The notes beneath the pieces were generated by a model. The model was not told the origin of the DNA, made no database searches, and saw nothing but the letters and a program-made list of their open reading frames with translations. Of a DNA stretch of 64,000 nt, positions 26,585 to 37,002 are shown piece after piece. The translations under genes were made by a program, and so were the position numbers. The DNA comes from Hungatella sp. (GTDB taxonomy: Bacteria > Bacillota > Clostridia > Lachnospirales > Lachnospiraceae): the NCBI GenBank assembly GCA_022798105.1, contig JAAWLV010000001.1, positions 409-64,408 of the forward strand, in the 5' to 3' direction. How positions within the stretch are numbered: the stretch's first letter is position 1; each line of letters begins with the position of its first letter.

Positions 26585-28110
26585 AACTGATTATTGCTGA
26601 TGATGAAAGGGTAATCCGGGAATCGATTTCCACCCTTATTGACTGGGAACATTTGGGGATTGAGCTGGTGGGGCTGTGCAGCGACGGAATCGAAGCATAC
26701 AATATGATACTGGACGAATGTCCGGACATCGTTCTCACGGATATCCGCATGCCCGGGATGTCAGGGCTGGAACTGATAGAGAGGGTGGCCCAGACGGATC
26801 TGAATATCCAGTTTGTGCTGCTGTCGGGCTATGGGGAGTTTGAGTATGCCAAGCAGGCCATGCGGTTTAGGGTGCACCACTATCTGCTGAAGCCGTGCAA
26901 TGAGGAACAGATTATTGAGAGTATGGGGGATGTGATTCAGGAACATTACCATCACAAGGCGTTTAAAGATATGCAGAACAGGCAGCGTCTTCTGATGTCC
27001 AACCTTCACCGAAGCCTTCTGTCCAATATCATCCATGAGAGGACTTTTTTATCGGATGAGTGGGAACCTTTGCTGGATGCATATTCCGGCTTTATGGATT
27101 TTTATAACACCAGCTATGAACTGTGCTTTTTACACTATCTGGAAGAAGGAAACCTTACCAGGACTTTGGAGACGGTTTACGCATACATGAAAAAAGAGGC
27201 CCCGGGTATTATGGTGTACAGCATATATGTGACCAACAACCTTCTGCTGTTTTTTGAGAGCTATCAGGTTTCCTATGACATGACGGATTCGTTTTTCCGC
27301 ACAACGGCCATAAAGCTGGGGGAGGGCGGACAGGTGGCGCCGGAGTACCGGAGAATGTCGTTTCCAAATCTGTCTGCTTTGCTGGAAACGGTTATCAGTA
27401 AAATCAAGCGGTTTGGCATGATCTATTTCATGAACGGCTTAAGGGCTGTCCCAATCTGCAATTATAAAACAGTGATTGCCAGAATGGAACAGCTGTCAGC
27501 CATGCTTTTAAGCAGCGAAGGCGGAAAACAGGAGGCGTGTCTGAAGGATGTGAAAGGGATTCTGGACGGGATCGGAAGTCCCGATTTTCTGCGCCAGGTA
27601 GGCTCTGCCATGATTATCCGCCTGACCGCGGAAGGGAATTTCCAGTCGCCTGTAGATGCCACGGAGTTTTTGCTGAAACTGAATCAGCAGACGGACCCGG
27701 AACTGCTCCGCTCCATGCTTTTGGATAAAATCTGTTCCATGGTAAGCCAGCAGGGGGAGGGCGTTAGAAGCTACAGCGTGCTGATTGAAAACGTAATGCA
27801 GTATGTGGAAGAAAACCTGGACAATCCCAATCTGACACTGAAGTGGATTGCGGAGAACCATTTGTTTATGAATGTGGATTATGTCAGCAAGCGTTTTATA
27901 AAGGAGACGGATCAGAAATTTTCCAACTATCTTTCTAACCTGAGGATCCAGAAAGCCCGGCAGCTTTTGGCGGAGGGTTATGGGGAGATCCAGTGGGTGG
28001 CCCAGCAGGTAGGGTGCGGAAACAATCCCCAGTATTTCAGTCAGATTTTCAAAAAAAGCACAGGGCTGACCCCCAGTGCCTATATAAAAAAAATAAACGG
28101 AGGACAATAA
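26578..28110 (+). CDS. YesN-type response regulator (receiver plus AraC HTH)
   Basis: IIADDE, TDIRMPG and YFSQIFKKSTGLTP. Confidence 0.93.
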   Translation: MLKLIIADDERVIRESISTLIDWEHLGIELVGLCSDGIEAYNMILDECPDIVLTDIRMPGMSGLELIERVAQTDLNIQFVLLSGYGEFEYAKQAMRFRVHHYLLKPCNEEQIIESMGDVIQEHYHHKAFKDMQNRQRLLMSNLHRSLLSNIIHERTFLSDEWEPLLDAYSGFMDFYNTSYELCFLHYLEEGNLTRTLETVYAYMKKEAPGIMVYSIYVTNNLLLFFESYQVSYDMTDSFFRTTAIKLGEGGQVAPEYRRMSFPNLSALLETVISKIKRFGMIYFMNGLRAVPICNYKTVIARMEQLSAMLLSSEGGKQEACLKDVKGILDGIGSPDFLRQVGSAMIIRLTAEGNFQSPVDATEFLLKLNQQTDPELLRSMLLDKICSMVSQQGEGVRSYSVLIENVMQYVEENLDNPNLTLKWIAENHLFMNVDYVSKRFIKETDQKFSNYLSNLRIQKARQLLAEGYGEIQWVAQQVGCGNNPQYFSQIFKKSTGLTPSAYIKKINGGQ

Positions 28111-28111
28111 C

Positions 28112-29224
28112 ATGAATAATCAGGAACTGCTGCCGATTATCCATCGGGTGATGGATAAACTTATGAATCTGGGAGGCGCTGATTATGACAGCGACAAAAA
28201 TGCCACTCAGGATCAGGCGAACAAGGGCCTTATTGCCAGGGACTTTGGTATTGAGGAGTGGGACTGGCCTCAGGGCGTGGGCTTATACGGCCTTTACAAA
28301 CTGCAGGCTTTTTATGGGGACAACCGCTATCTGGATTTTTTTAAGAACTGGATTGAAGATAATTTAAAACGGGGGCTTCCCAGCCGGAATATCAACACTA
28401 CCACACCATATCTGGCCATGGTGAACCTGCTGGATGCGCTGGGGGATCCCAAATACGAGAAAATGTGTCTGGAACAGGCCCAGTGGCTGATGGATGAGCT
28501 TCCCAAGACCCGGGATCACGGGTTTCAGCATGTGACTACGGCCATTGGGGACAGAAACGGCATAAAACTTAATGACGGGGAATTGTGGGCGGATACCCTG
28601 TTTATGACAGTGCTGTTTTTAAACAAGATGGGGCATCTCTGTCATCGGCAGGACTGGGTTGAGGAAGCTGCGCGCCAGGTTTTGGTTCACATCAAATATC
28701 TGTATGACAAACAGACAGGGCTTTTGTACCATGGCTGGAGCTTTCCGCTTAACAACAATTTCGGAGGGATCTTCTGGTGCCGGGGCAATTCCTGGTTTAC
28801 ATACGGGATTTTAGAGTATCTGGATGTGGCCAGAGAGACTTTGGACAAAGGCGTGTACAACTATGTAGCAGACACGTTTAAATCCCAGGTAAACGCCCTG
28901 CGCAGCCTGCAGGCTCCCTCAGGCCTTTGGCATACGGTTCTGACTGACCCGGACAGCTATGAGGAAACCTCCGGAAGCGCGGCGATTGCGGCCGGTATTC
29001 TCAAGGGGATCAAGATTGGGATTCTGGACGATTCTTATAAAGAATGCGCGCAGAAAGCGCTGAAAGGGATCTGCGGCCAGGTGGCAGAGGATGGTACGGT
29101 GCTTGGGGTATCTGCCGGAACAGCCATGGGCTATGATGCGGACCACTACAAAAACATTGCCATACACCCGATGGCATACGGACAGTCCCTGACACTGATA
29201 GCACTCTGCGAGGCGCTGGATTAA
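28112..29224 (+). CDS. GH105 unsaturated rhamnogalacturonyl hydrolase (YteR/YesR-like)
   Basis: WDWPQGVGLYG, LWADTLFM, YHGW, WCRGNSW, GLWHT and ETSGSA. Confidence 0.9.
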   Translation: MNNQELLPIIHRVMDKLMNLGGADYDSDKNATQDQANKGLIARDFGIEEWDWPQGVGLYGLYKLQAFYGDNRYLDFFKNWIEDNLKRGLPSRNINTTTPYLAMVNLLDALGDPKYEKMCLEQAQWLMDELPKTRDHGFQHVTTAIGDRNGIKLNDGELWADTLFMTVLFLNKMGHLCHRQDWVEEAARQVLVHIKYLYDKQTGLLYHGWSFPLNNNFGGIFWCRGNSWFTYGILEYLDVARETLDKGVYNYVADTFKSQVNALRSLQAPSGLWHTVLTDPDSYEETSGSAAIAAGILKGIKIGILDDSYKECAQKALKGICGQVAEDGTVLGVSAGTAMGYDADHYKNIAIHPMAYGQSLTLIALCEALD

Positions 29225-29241
29225 TTTACTGATTTGGAATC

Positions 29242-29290
29242 AAAAAGCTGCGGCATCTGAACGGAACGGTTACAGGTGCCGCAGCTTTTT
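29242..29290. terminator. Bidirectional terminator
   Basis: AAAAGCTGCGGCATCTG...CAGGTGCCGCAGCTTTT. Confidence 0.85.
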
Positions 29291-29292
29291 GT

Positions 29293-30141
29293 TTACAGCT
29301 GACGGAGTATCTTCATCAGAGAGTCGTAGGCTAAAGTGAAGGCCTCCTCCCCATCCAGTTTTTTCTTCTGGGACGCATTCTGTTCCAGGGCGGAAAATCC
29401 CGCGAAATCACTTAAATGGGGCTCCAGGGACAGATATCCGTTATATCCGGAAGCTTTGAGTTTTTCCAGGATTTCCTTCACATGTCCGTCCCCTGTTCCG
29501 GCAGGAACCACGCTGGCATCGGACCATAAGGCATCTTTGATATGGACATAGGCCACATAGGGTTTCAGCATCTCATAGGCTTCCAGGGTATCCTGCCGGC
29601 ACTGGACGAAGTTGGCAAAATCGAACACAGCCTTAAAGTGATCTCCATAGAAGGCTTCCATGATTTCCAGGCAGCGGCAGGCCGTGTCCCCGTAAATTTC
29701 CTTTTCGTTTTCATGGAGAAGTATGACATCGTTCGCCTTTGCATAATCTGCCATTTGCCCCAGCCTGTCCATGACCTCATTCTTGTAGGGGGCGTAATCC
29801 TCATGTTCAGGCATAAAAAAGCTGAACATACGGATATAATCGGTTTCCATAATATGGGCGATCTCCACGGTGCGGCGGTACAGCTCCATGTGAGGCTCAA
29901 AGGCATCCGTAATCTGGATCTTTCCGATAGGGGAGCCGACGGAGGACAGGCGGATTCCTTCCTCATCCAGCTGCTTTTTGATTTCCCGCGCTTCGCCGGC
30001 AGAATACTCAACAAGGCCTTTTCCGTTGACACCCCGCATCTCCACATGGTTCATCCCCAGTTTTTTCAGCACGCGGATCTGCTCAGACAGGTTCTCATGG
30101 ATTTCATCGGCAAAACCGCTTAATACAATATTATCCCACAT
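29293..30141 (-). CDS. Sugar phosphate isomerase/epimerase (xylose-isomerase-like TIM barrel)
   Basis: SGFADEI, LLHENE, FDFANF, HIKDA and LSLEPH metal ligands. Confidence 0.88.
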   Translation of the reverse strand: MWDNIVLSGFADEIHENLSEQIRVLKKLGMNHVEMRGVNGKGLVEYSAGEAREIKKQLDEEGIRLSSVGSPIGKIQITDAFEPHMELYRRTVEIAHIMETDYIRMFSFFMPEHEDYAPYKNEVMDRLGQMADYAKANDVILLHENEKEIYGDTACRCLEIMEAFYGDHFKAVFDFANFVQCRQDTLEAYEMLKPYVAYVHIKDALWSDASVVPAGTGDGHVKEILEKLKASGYNGYLSLEPHLSDFAGFSALEQNASQKKKLDGEEAFTLAYDSLMKILRQL

Positions 30142-30155
30142 AATCAGTGCCCTCC

Positions 30156-31310
30156 TTAATAGGTTCCTGATGTGTCGAATACCACATCAGCCGTCTCTTT
30201 TTTTCTGGAAGCGCTGCGGCGCTTGTTCAGTTCCTCTAAAAACAGATCTTCGTCAAAAGGAAGATCCACCCCGTGTCCCAGCCAGCTGGAAAGATGCATG
30301 GCGTTGGAGAGAGTGAGGCCGTTGATCCCCTCTTCGCCCTGGGCTACCAGAGGGGTTCCATGGAGGATCCTGCCGGCAAATGCCTTGATAACTCCTATGT
30401 GCTGCTCATTGAGCCCGTCTGTCTCCACTTTGGTTACGGTGCATTCCGGCTTGTCAAAGCCGCCTTTTGCCGTCTTGCAGAACTCCCGCTCACTGACAGC
30501 CAGTTTATGTAATATCAGTTCATTATTCTCGCACACCAGTTTTCCTTTTTCAAGCGTAATCTCAAAACGGTTGGTGCCCGGTGCGTCGGCGGTGGTGGTG
30601 ATAAATACGCCGGTGGCTCCGTTGGGGTATTCCAGGTAGGCAGTTACATCATCTTCCACCTCGATATCATGCCATTTTCCGTTGTGGCAGAAGGCCTGTA
30701 CCCTGGAGGGCATTCCGCAGATCCACTGGATCAGATCCAGGTTGTGGGGACACTGGTTTAAAAGCACTCCTCCGCCTTCCCCGTCCCAGGTAGCGCGCCA
30801 GTCGCCGGAATCATAGTAGGACTGGGTGCGGTACCAGTCAGTAATAATCCAGTTTACACGCTTGATGGCTCCAAGCTCGCCGCTTTTGACCAGCTCGTGC
30901 ATCTTCCGGTATACGCAGTTGGTTCTCTGATTAAACATCATGGCAAATACCCGGTCGCTTTTGGCGGCATGGTCATTCATGGCGCGGACCTGTTTGGTGT
31001 ACACGCCGGCCGGCTTTTCACACAGCACGTGAAGTCCCTGATCCATGGCGGCGATGGACAGTTCCGGGTGCTGATAGTGGGGGATTGACAGAAGGACGGC
31101 GTCACAAAGCCCTGAGGCCATTAGATCCTTTGCCTGTTCAAAAACTGCCACATTTTCCGGAAGGTTTTCCCTGCACCAGGTTCTGCGGCTTTCTCTTCGG
31201 TCGGCCACGGCCGTCAGCTCCACCTCCGGCGCCCGGCCTTCCACAATGGATTTGGCATGGTTGGTACCCATGTTTCCGATTCCGATGATTCCAAGTCTTA
31301 CTTTTTCCAT
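30156..31310 (-). CDS. Gfo/Idh/MocA-family NAD(P)-dependent oxidoreductase
   Basis: GIIGIGNMG, CEKPAG and GGGVLLNQCPHNLD. Start MEKVR at 31310. Confidence 0.92.
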   Translation of the reverse strand: MEKVRLGIIGIGNMGTNHAKSIVEGRAPEVELTAVADRRESRRTWCRENLPENVAVFEQAKDLMASGLCDAVLLSIPHYQHPELSIAAMDQGLHVLCEKPAGVYTKQVRAMNDHAAKSDRVFAMMFNQRTNCVYRKMHELVKSGELGAIKRVNWIITDWYRTQSYYDSGDWRATWDGEGGGVLLNQCPHNLDLIQWICGMPSRVQAFCHNGKWHDIEVEDDVTAYLEYPNGATGVFITTTADAPGTNRFEITLEKGKLVCENNELILHKLAVSEREFCKTAKGGFDKPECTVTKVETDGLNEQHIGVIKAFAGRILHGTPLVAQGEEGINGLTLSNAMHLSSWLGHGVDLPFDEDLFLEELNKRRSASRKKETADVVFDTSGTY

Positions 31311-31422
31311 AATGTTCCCCTTTCCTTGAACTTTTCTTGAATTTATTATATACTTAATTTTAATCCATTTGTTTGCGCAGATTGGGTAAAAATATGCGTA
31401 ACTTGTCTTTTTGGAGGAGTTT

Positions 31423-32250
31423 ATGAGAAATGAAAAAAAATTAACCAGGCCATTCAGCTGTGATTTCACCACAAGCCTGGCTGCAGGCAACGTGGAATTT
31501 CACATGCACAGCCACCATGAGATTTTTTTCCTCATAGACGGCAGTATCCAGTATTTTGCGGAAAATGCCTGCTATCCCATGACCTCAGGTAATTTGATTC
31601 TGTTCTCGGTTAATGAGATACACAAGGCGGTCAATGTATCCAATACCCCCTTTACCCGGCTGGTCATACACATACAGCCGGAGTTTGCCCGGTCTTTCTG
31701 CACACCGGACACGAATCTGTTAAGCTGTTTTTACAGGGAGCCGGGGGTGGGAAATCTAGTGTCCCTGTCCCCAAAGGAGCAGAAACAGCTGCTGTCCATG
31801 GCCCGGCGCCTTGCAAAGCTTTTAAAGTCCCGGGGAAGGTTCGGCAATGATGTGGAGGCGGTGGCCCTGTATCTGGAAATCCTGGTGTTTGTCAACCGGG
31901 CCTGGAAAAAGGCGGGTATTTCTCCTGCGCCGTCCCTGCCTCACAGGACCCAGGCTATTATGGACTATATTGATGCCAACTTAACCGATAATCTGACCCT
32001 GGATTCCATCGCCAGGGCCCTTGCCATGGATAAATACTATTTAAGTCACCTGTTTAAGTCAGAGACGGGCAGCACGATTTTCCAGTATGTATTGGTAAAG
32101 CGGGTGGCCCTTGCAAAAACCCTGCTTTCCCAGGGGCATACGGTGAACGAAACCTGCCACCTTTCAGGATTTAATGACTATTCTAATTTTATCCGTTCGT
32201 TTAAACAGATTACCGGCTATACTCCCGGAAAATTTAAAGGGCCTGCCTGA
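31423..32250 (+). CDS. AraC-family regulator (cupin plus HTH)
   Basis: HMHSHHEIF and SGFNDYSNFIRSFK. Confidence 0.92.
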   Translation: MRNEKKLTRPFSCDFTTSLAAGNVEFHMHSHHEIFFLIDGSIQYFAENACYPMTSGNLILFSVNEIHKAVNVSNTPFTRLVIHIQPEFARSFCTPDTNLLSCFYREPGVGNLVSLSPKEQKQLLSMARRLAKLLKSRGRFGNDVEAVALYLEILVFVNRAWKKAGISPAPSLPHRTQAIMDYIDANLTDNLTLDSIARALAMDKYYLSHLFKSETGSTIFQYVLVKRVALAKTLLSQGHTVNETCHLSGFNDYSNFIRSFKQITGYTPGKFKGPA

Positions 32251-33097
32251 CAGCGGTTTTCCGGTATTTTAAGGGGGTTGTATCCACATACTTTTTAAAT
32301 ACCCGCTCAAAATAGGTCAGATTTTCAAATCCCAGAAGGCCGGATATTTCCGTGATGGAGTAACCGCTGTGAAGCAGAAGCTGCTGGGATTTTTTGATGC
32401 GGTTCACATTTTTATATTCGTTGACCGTAAAACCGGTAACCTCCCGGAAAATTCTGCTTAAATAAGATTTACTGATATAAAACCGCCTGGCCAGTTCTTC
32501 TAAAGACTCCTGAGATTCCGGGTGATTGAGAAGATAATCAGCCACCTCATGAACCTTCTGATGCTTCCAGGTCAAGGCCTTTTCAGGTTCCTGCTGAAAA
32601 AAGGCCTTTTTCTGATGGCGGGTCAGGCACAAAAGAAGCTGCGCCAGTTTTAGCTTTACTCCGACAGGATACTGGCGGGGTCTGTCCTTCAGTTCTTTTT
32701 CAATCTGAAACATAAGTTCCGAGATTTCGTTTTGGCCGTTTTCCGGAATTGAGATAATGATGGCATTCTCCCCGTACACATCTTCCATGGTTCCCATACC
32801 GCAGGCCTTCAAAAAAGGGTCCATCATCTGGCTGCTGATCTGAAAGAGGATGCGGTTGTGGTAGGAGATGCCGGCCATGCTGGTTTTGTGGATCTGGTTA
32901 GGTTTTATAAGCACCACATCCCCGGCTTTTACCAGGTACGTCTGCTTATCAATAAAATAATATCTCTGCCCCTCCAAAAGATAATACAATTCAAAGGTAT
33001 CGTGGAAATGCCTGGCAGCCATGGAATACTCATAATCCCGTATCACCTGATCTACAGTCAGCCCCTCCATACCTCCCTGGAATACTACCTGTTCCAT
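32234..33097 (-). CDS. AraC-family regulator (cupin plus HTH)
   Basis: HFHDTFELYY and GFENLTYFERVFK. Confidence 0.92.
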   Translation of the reverse strand: MEQVVFQGGMEGLTVDQVIRDYEYSMAARHFHDTFELYYLLEGQRYYFIDKQTYLVKAGDVVLIKPNQIHKTSMAGISYHNRILFQISSQMMDPFLKACGMGTMEDVYGENAIIISIPENGQNEISELMFQIEKELKDRPRQYPVGVKLKLAQLLLCLTRHQKKAFFQQEPEKALTWKHQKVHEVADYLLNHPESQESLEELARRFYISKSYLSRIFREVTGFTVNEYKNVNRIKKSQQLLLHSGYSITEISGLLGFENLTYFERVFKKYVDTTPLKYRKTAVRQAL

Positions 33098-33269
33098 GTT
33101 TCAGGCCTCCTTTACCGCTTTTTGTACTCTCAGAGTCTCTTTGTGCCGGATAGTATCCAAAAGTACGAAAATATAAAATCTGTAGGCAATTTTATAAGAT
33201 AATTATACTATTTTGTAGTATGATAGTCCATAGAAAATACAGTGAACGTATTGAACAAGGAGGATTACC

Positions 33270-34667
33270 ATGAAATACGAAAACAACAAAGTTTCCGATC
33301 TGCAGATTGCCTACATAGGCGGCGGTTCCAGGGGATGGGCATGGACCTTTATGACCGACTTATCCATGGACGATTCATTAAGCGGAACCATCCGCCTGTA
33401 TGATATCGACCAGGAGGCGGCAAAACACAATGAGATCATCGGCAACCATCTGACAGAGCGCCAGGACACAAAAGGGAAATGGAACTATACCACTACCGGA
33501 ACTATAGAAGAAGCTCTTACGGGTGCAGACTTTGTTGTGATTTCCATTCTGCCGGGTACCTTTGACGAGATGCAGTCTGACGTTCATCTGCCGGAGCGGC
33601 TTCAAATCTATCAGTCTGTAGGGGACACGGCAGGTCCGGGCGGAATTGTGCGCGCTTTGAGGACGATCCCCATGTTTGTGGATATTGCCAATGCGGTGAA
33701 AACCTATTCTCCCGACGCATGGGTTATCAACTATACCAATCCCATGACGCTGTGCGTGAAGACCCTGTACCATGTGTTCCCCCAGATCAAAGCCTTTGGC
33801 TGCTGTCATGAGGTGTTCGGCACCCAGAAGGTGTTAAAGGGCATTTGTGAGGAGACTATGGGGCTGAAGGACGTGGATCGCCGGAATATCCATGTAAATG
33901 TATTGGGAATTAACCACTTTACCTGGTTTGACCAGGCTTCCTATAAAGGCATCGATCTGTTCCCTGTATACCGTGAGTTTATTGAGAAGAATTTTGAGGA
34001 AGGGTACAGTGAGCCGGACAGGAACTGGGCTAACAGCAGCTTTAACTGCGCTCACAGGGTAAAATTTGACCTGTTTAACCGGTTTGGCCTTATTGCCGCT
34101 GCCGGAGACCGCCATCTTGCGGAGTTTATGCCCGGAGGAGAGTATTTAAAGGATCCGGAGACTGTGAAGAGCTGGAAGTTTGGCCTGACTACCGTTGACT
34201 GGAGAAAAGAAGATTTAAAGAAACGTCTTGACAGAAGCGCCCGCCTGGTAAAAGGGGAGGAGGAGATCGATCTGAACCCTTCAGGGGAAGAGGGAATCCT
34301 GCTCATTAAGGCTCTGTGCGGTTTGGAGAGAGTGGTAAGCAATGTAAATATCCCCAATACCAACCTGCAGATTCCCAACCTGCCGGATACAGCCGTGGTG
34401 GAGACCAATGCGGTGTTCAGCCGTGATTCGATTAAACCTCTGATTGCAGGGGAGATTCCGGATAATGTCCGTGCCTTGATTATGCCTCATGTGGAGAATC
34501 ACGAGTATGTCCTGAAAGCGGCTCTGGACTGTGACAGGGAGCTGGTTTATAAAGCATTCCTTAACGATCCTCTGGTAAAGGGAAGAGCCGGTGAGGAGGA
34601 TGTGAAGAGCCTGGCAGATGATATGATTGCCAATACGTTGGAATATCTGCCTGAAGGATGGAAATAA
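33270..34667 (+). CDS. GH4 alpha-galacturonidase (LplD-like)
   Basis: IGGGSRGW, DTAGPGG, NYTNP and CHEV, the motif diagnostic of GH4 alpha-galacturonidases. Confidence 0.85.
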   Translation: MKYENNKVSDLQIAYIGGGSRGWAWTFMTDLSMDDSLSGTIRLYDIDQEAAKHNEIIGNHLTERQDTKGKWNYTTTGTIEEALTGADFVVISILPGTFDEMQSDVHLPERLQIYQSVGDTAGPGGIVRALRTIPMFVDIANAVKTYSPDAWVINYTNPMTLCVKTLYHVFPQIKAFGCCHEVFGTQKVLKGICEETMGLKDVDRRNIHVNVLGINHFTWFDQASYKGIDLFPVYREFIEKNFEEGYSEPDRNWANSSFNCAHRVKFDLFNRFGLIAAAGDRHLAEFMPGGEYLKDPETVKSWKFGLTTVDWRKEDLKKRLDRSARLVKGEEEIDLNPSGEEGILLIKALCGLERVVSNVNIPNTNLQIPNLPDTAVVETNAVFSRDSIKPLIAGEIPDNVRALIMPHVENHEYVLKAALDCDRELVYKAFLNDPLVKGRAGEEDVKSLADDMIANTLEYLPEGWK

Positions 34668-34676
34668 AAAACATGT

Positions 34677-34720
34677 AAAAACAGAGGGGTCCTCGCTGTC
34701 AGAGGTCCCTCTGTTTTTTC
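34677..34720. terminator. Bidirectional terminator
   Basis: AAAAACAGAGGG...CCCTCTGTTTTTT. Confidence 0.8.
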
Positions 34721-34777
34721 TATTTCATAAGGTGCTGTCCTATGAAACCAAACCTGCTAAACCTGCTTGCAGGATTC

Positions 34778-36136
34778 CTATAAAATCCGGATATCTTCAA
34801 CACCGGCCCGGGCGGCTTTCCCCGAGAACCCTTCCATAGACAGGTTTTCGCAGTCCTGGGCGAAAAGGGCTTCCCCGAACTTGTCACGCTCGTTGCCTTC
34901 AAATTTTACGCGGCAGTTGCGCAGTACCACATCATCGGCCCGCCTCATAAAGAAACCTGCGGAGTTGATTTCCTCGATTCCCTGATTGATTCCGGGACGC
35001 AGGTCATACATGCCTTTGGGCCATTTGCTTTTGGAATGGACGGTAACCGATACATGCTCAAAAAGCACGTCTTCAATATGGTTTTTGTCGCTTCCCGAAA
35101 GAAAGACGCCGTTTTCGCTGTCACAGGTGATATTGAAGAAGCGTATGTTCTTTATGTGTCCGGACGGCGTATGTTCATCACGGTTGTGGGTGGAGATGGT
35201 AATAGGTTCCCCGCAGCCCCACCAGCAGTCAGCAAAACGACGGGTTTCAATGATAATGTTGGAGAAGGAGGCGTTGGTCACGCTGCCGCCGTCCCGGATC
35301 TGGATGGAGATTCCCCGGTTGCTGTCACTGATAATGCAGTTGTCAACGATCAGGTTTTCAAAATTTCCTGTTCCCTCCGTGCCGATTTTCAGGGCGGCAG
35401 ATGTGGAGGTAAGGGTACATCCGGAGATTAGGACATTTTTTGTGGGGCCGTACTCCATGTTTCCTGCAGAACTTTTTAAGCAGATACAGTCGTCGGCGCA
35501 GGTTACATGGCAGCCGATAATCCGCACATTGGTAGAGTGATCCGGGTCAATGCCGTCGGAATTGGCCACATTTAAATCATTTAAGATCCGGATTCCGGAG
35601 ATGAGCACATCATCGCATCCGGCAGGATGCAGAGTCCAGAAAGGGGCGTTGCGCATGGTGACGCCGGTAAACGATATGTGGCTGCAGTGCTCCACATAAA
35701 CCAGAGTGGGTCTTGGATAAAAGTCTCCGGTTACGTAGTAGGGGCTTACCTGCTTTACAAATGCGTAGGCATTGCCGTCGATGGCGCCTTCGCCGGAGAT
35801 GGCTATCCCGTCGGCATCTTTGGCATAGATGAAGGCATAGGACGGCTTTAAGGTTACAGGAGTGCCTGCCCGATCCACGCCGTCGTCCCGCTGCCCATGG
35901 TTAGGGTGGAAATAAGTGCCGATATCGGAGTGGGCCGAAAGAACGGCGCCCCGTTCAATATGCAGATCCACCTTCTCTTTCAGGATAATGGAGCTGGAAT
36001 AGAAATGTTTTCCGCTTTCCAGAATTACCCGTCCCCCGCCCGCCTGGCTGCAGGTATCGACAGCCTTTTGGATGGAAGCGGCATCATCCGTCACGCCGTC
36101 GCCCTTTGCGCCAAACTGAAACACATTATAATCCAT
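34778..36136 (-). CDS. GH28 beta-helix glycoside hydrolase, intracellular
   Basis: FGAKGDG, NSDGID and DDCIC. No signal peptide. Confidence 0.85.
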   Translation of the reverse strand: MDYNVFQFGAKGDGVTDDAASIQKAVDTCSQAGGGRVILESGKHFYSSSIILKEKVDLHIERGAVLSAHSDIGTYFHPNHGQRDDGVDRAGTPVTLKPSYAFIYAKDADGIAISGEGAIDGNAYAFVKQVSPYYVTGDFYPRPTLVYVEHCSHISFTGVTMRNAPFWTLHPAGCDDVLISGIRILNDLNVANSDGIDPDHSTNVRIIGCHVTCADDCICLKSSAGNMEYGPTKNVLISGCTLTSTSAALKIGTEGTGNFENLIVDNCIISDSNRGISIQIRDGGSVTNASFSNIIIETRRFADCWWGCGEPITISTHNRDEHTPSGHIKNIRFFNITCDSENGVFLSGSDKNHIEDVLFEHVSVTVHSKSKWPKGMYDLRPGINQGIEEINSAGFFMRRADDVVLRNCRVKFEGNERDKFGEALFAQDCENLSMEGFSGKAARAGVEDIRIL

Positions 36137-36150
36137 AGTGAAATTCCTCC

Positions 36151-37002
36151 TCAGATTAATCCGAAATGCTTAAAGGCATTGTAAATACCGTCCTCCATGA
36201 GATCGGTGGTTATGTAGTCGGCAATGGCTTTCAGCCCTTCTTTCGCATTGCCCATGGCAATCCCCACATGGACGCAGTCAAGCATCTCGGCGTCGTTCAT
36301 GCCGTCGCCCACAGCATAGGTGTCTGCAATATCGGCGTTCAGGTGGTCCAGCAAAATGCGTATGGAAGTGGATTTGTTGATCCCAGGAACGGACATCTCG
36401 CCGCTTTCATCACCGAACATGGGAACCGTGCACCTTACCATATAAAATTCATCGTGGAACGTATCGTAAATATGCTGGTATTTGGATCCGTTTGTCTCCA
36501 GGAAACAGATTTTGTTAATGTCATCCATAGGCATCTTGGCGGTTTCTGTCAGGGCATTGATAAAATGACTCCCCTCTTTTTTGCGCTCTCTTGCAGCCGG
36601 ATCGTGTTCCACATCGCCGTACATGATCCGTTCCAGATGGGGAATCAGATTTTTGGAAGCGTAAAGCCCGGTATTGCTTTCCAGATAGAAATCAATCTTA
36701 TGGTCATCAAAATACCTGGCGACTGCGGCGGCAGAGTCAGGATTGATGGTTTCGTGGAAAATTTCGTTTCCCCGGACTTCAATAAATCCCCCGGCAGCTC
36801 CGATAACGCCGTCAAAGCCCACTTCCGTTATAAAATCATAGATTTCAGCCTTGCTTCTGCCGGTGCAGAGATAAATCTGATGGCCGTTCTGACGTGCCTG
36901 CTGCACGGCTGTGACGGCAGACTGAGGAATAAATTCCGGGTTGGCGGAAGTGTTGACCAGGGTACCGTCAATGTCCAGAAAAATAATGCTCTTTTTACTC
37001 AT
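36151..37002 (-). CDS. Cof-type HAD-IIB hydrolase
   Basis: DIDGTL, CTGR and GDGMND. Confidence 0.92.
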   Translation of the reverse strand: MSKKSIIFLDIDGTLVNTSANPEFIPQSAVTAVQQARQNGHQIYLCTGRSKAEIYDFITEVGFDGVIGAAGGFIEVRGNEIFHETINPDSAAAVARYFDDHKIDFYLESNTGLYASKNLIPHLERIMYGDVEHDPAARERKKEGSHFINALTETAKMPMDDINKICFLETNGSKYQHIYDTFHDEFYMVRCTVPMFGDESGEMSVPGINKSTSIRILLDHLNADIADTYAVGDGMNDAEMLDCVHVGIAMGNAKEGLKAIADYITTDLMEDGIYNAFKHFGLI

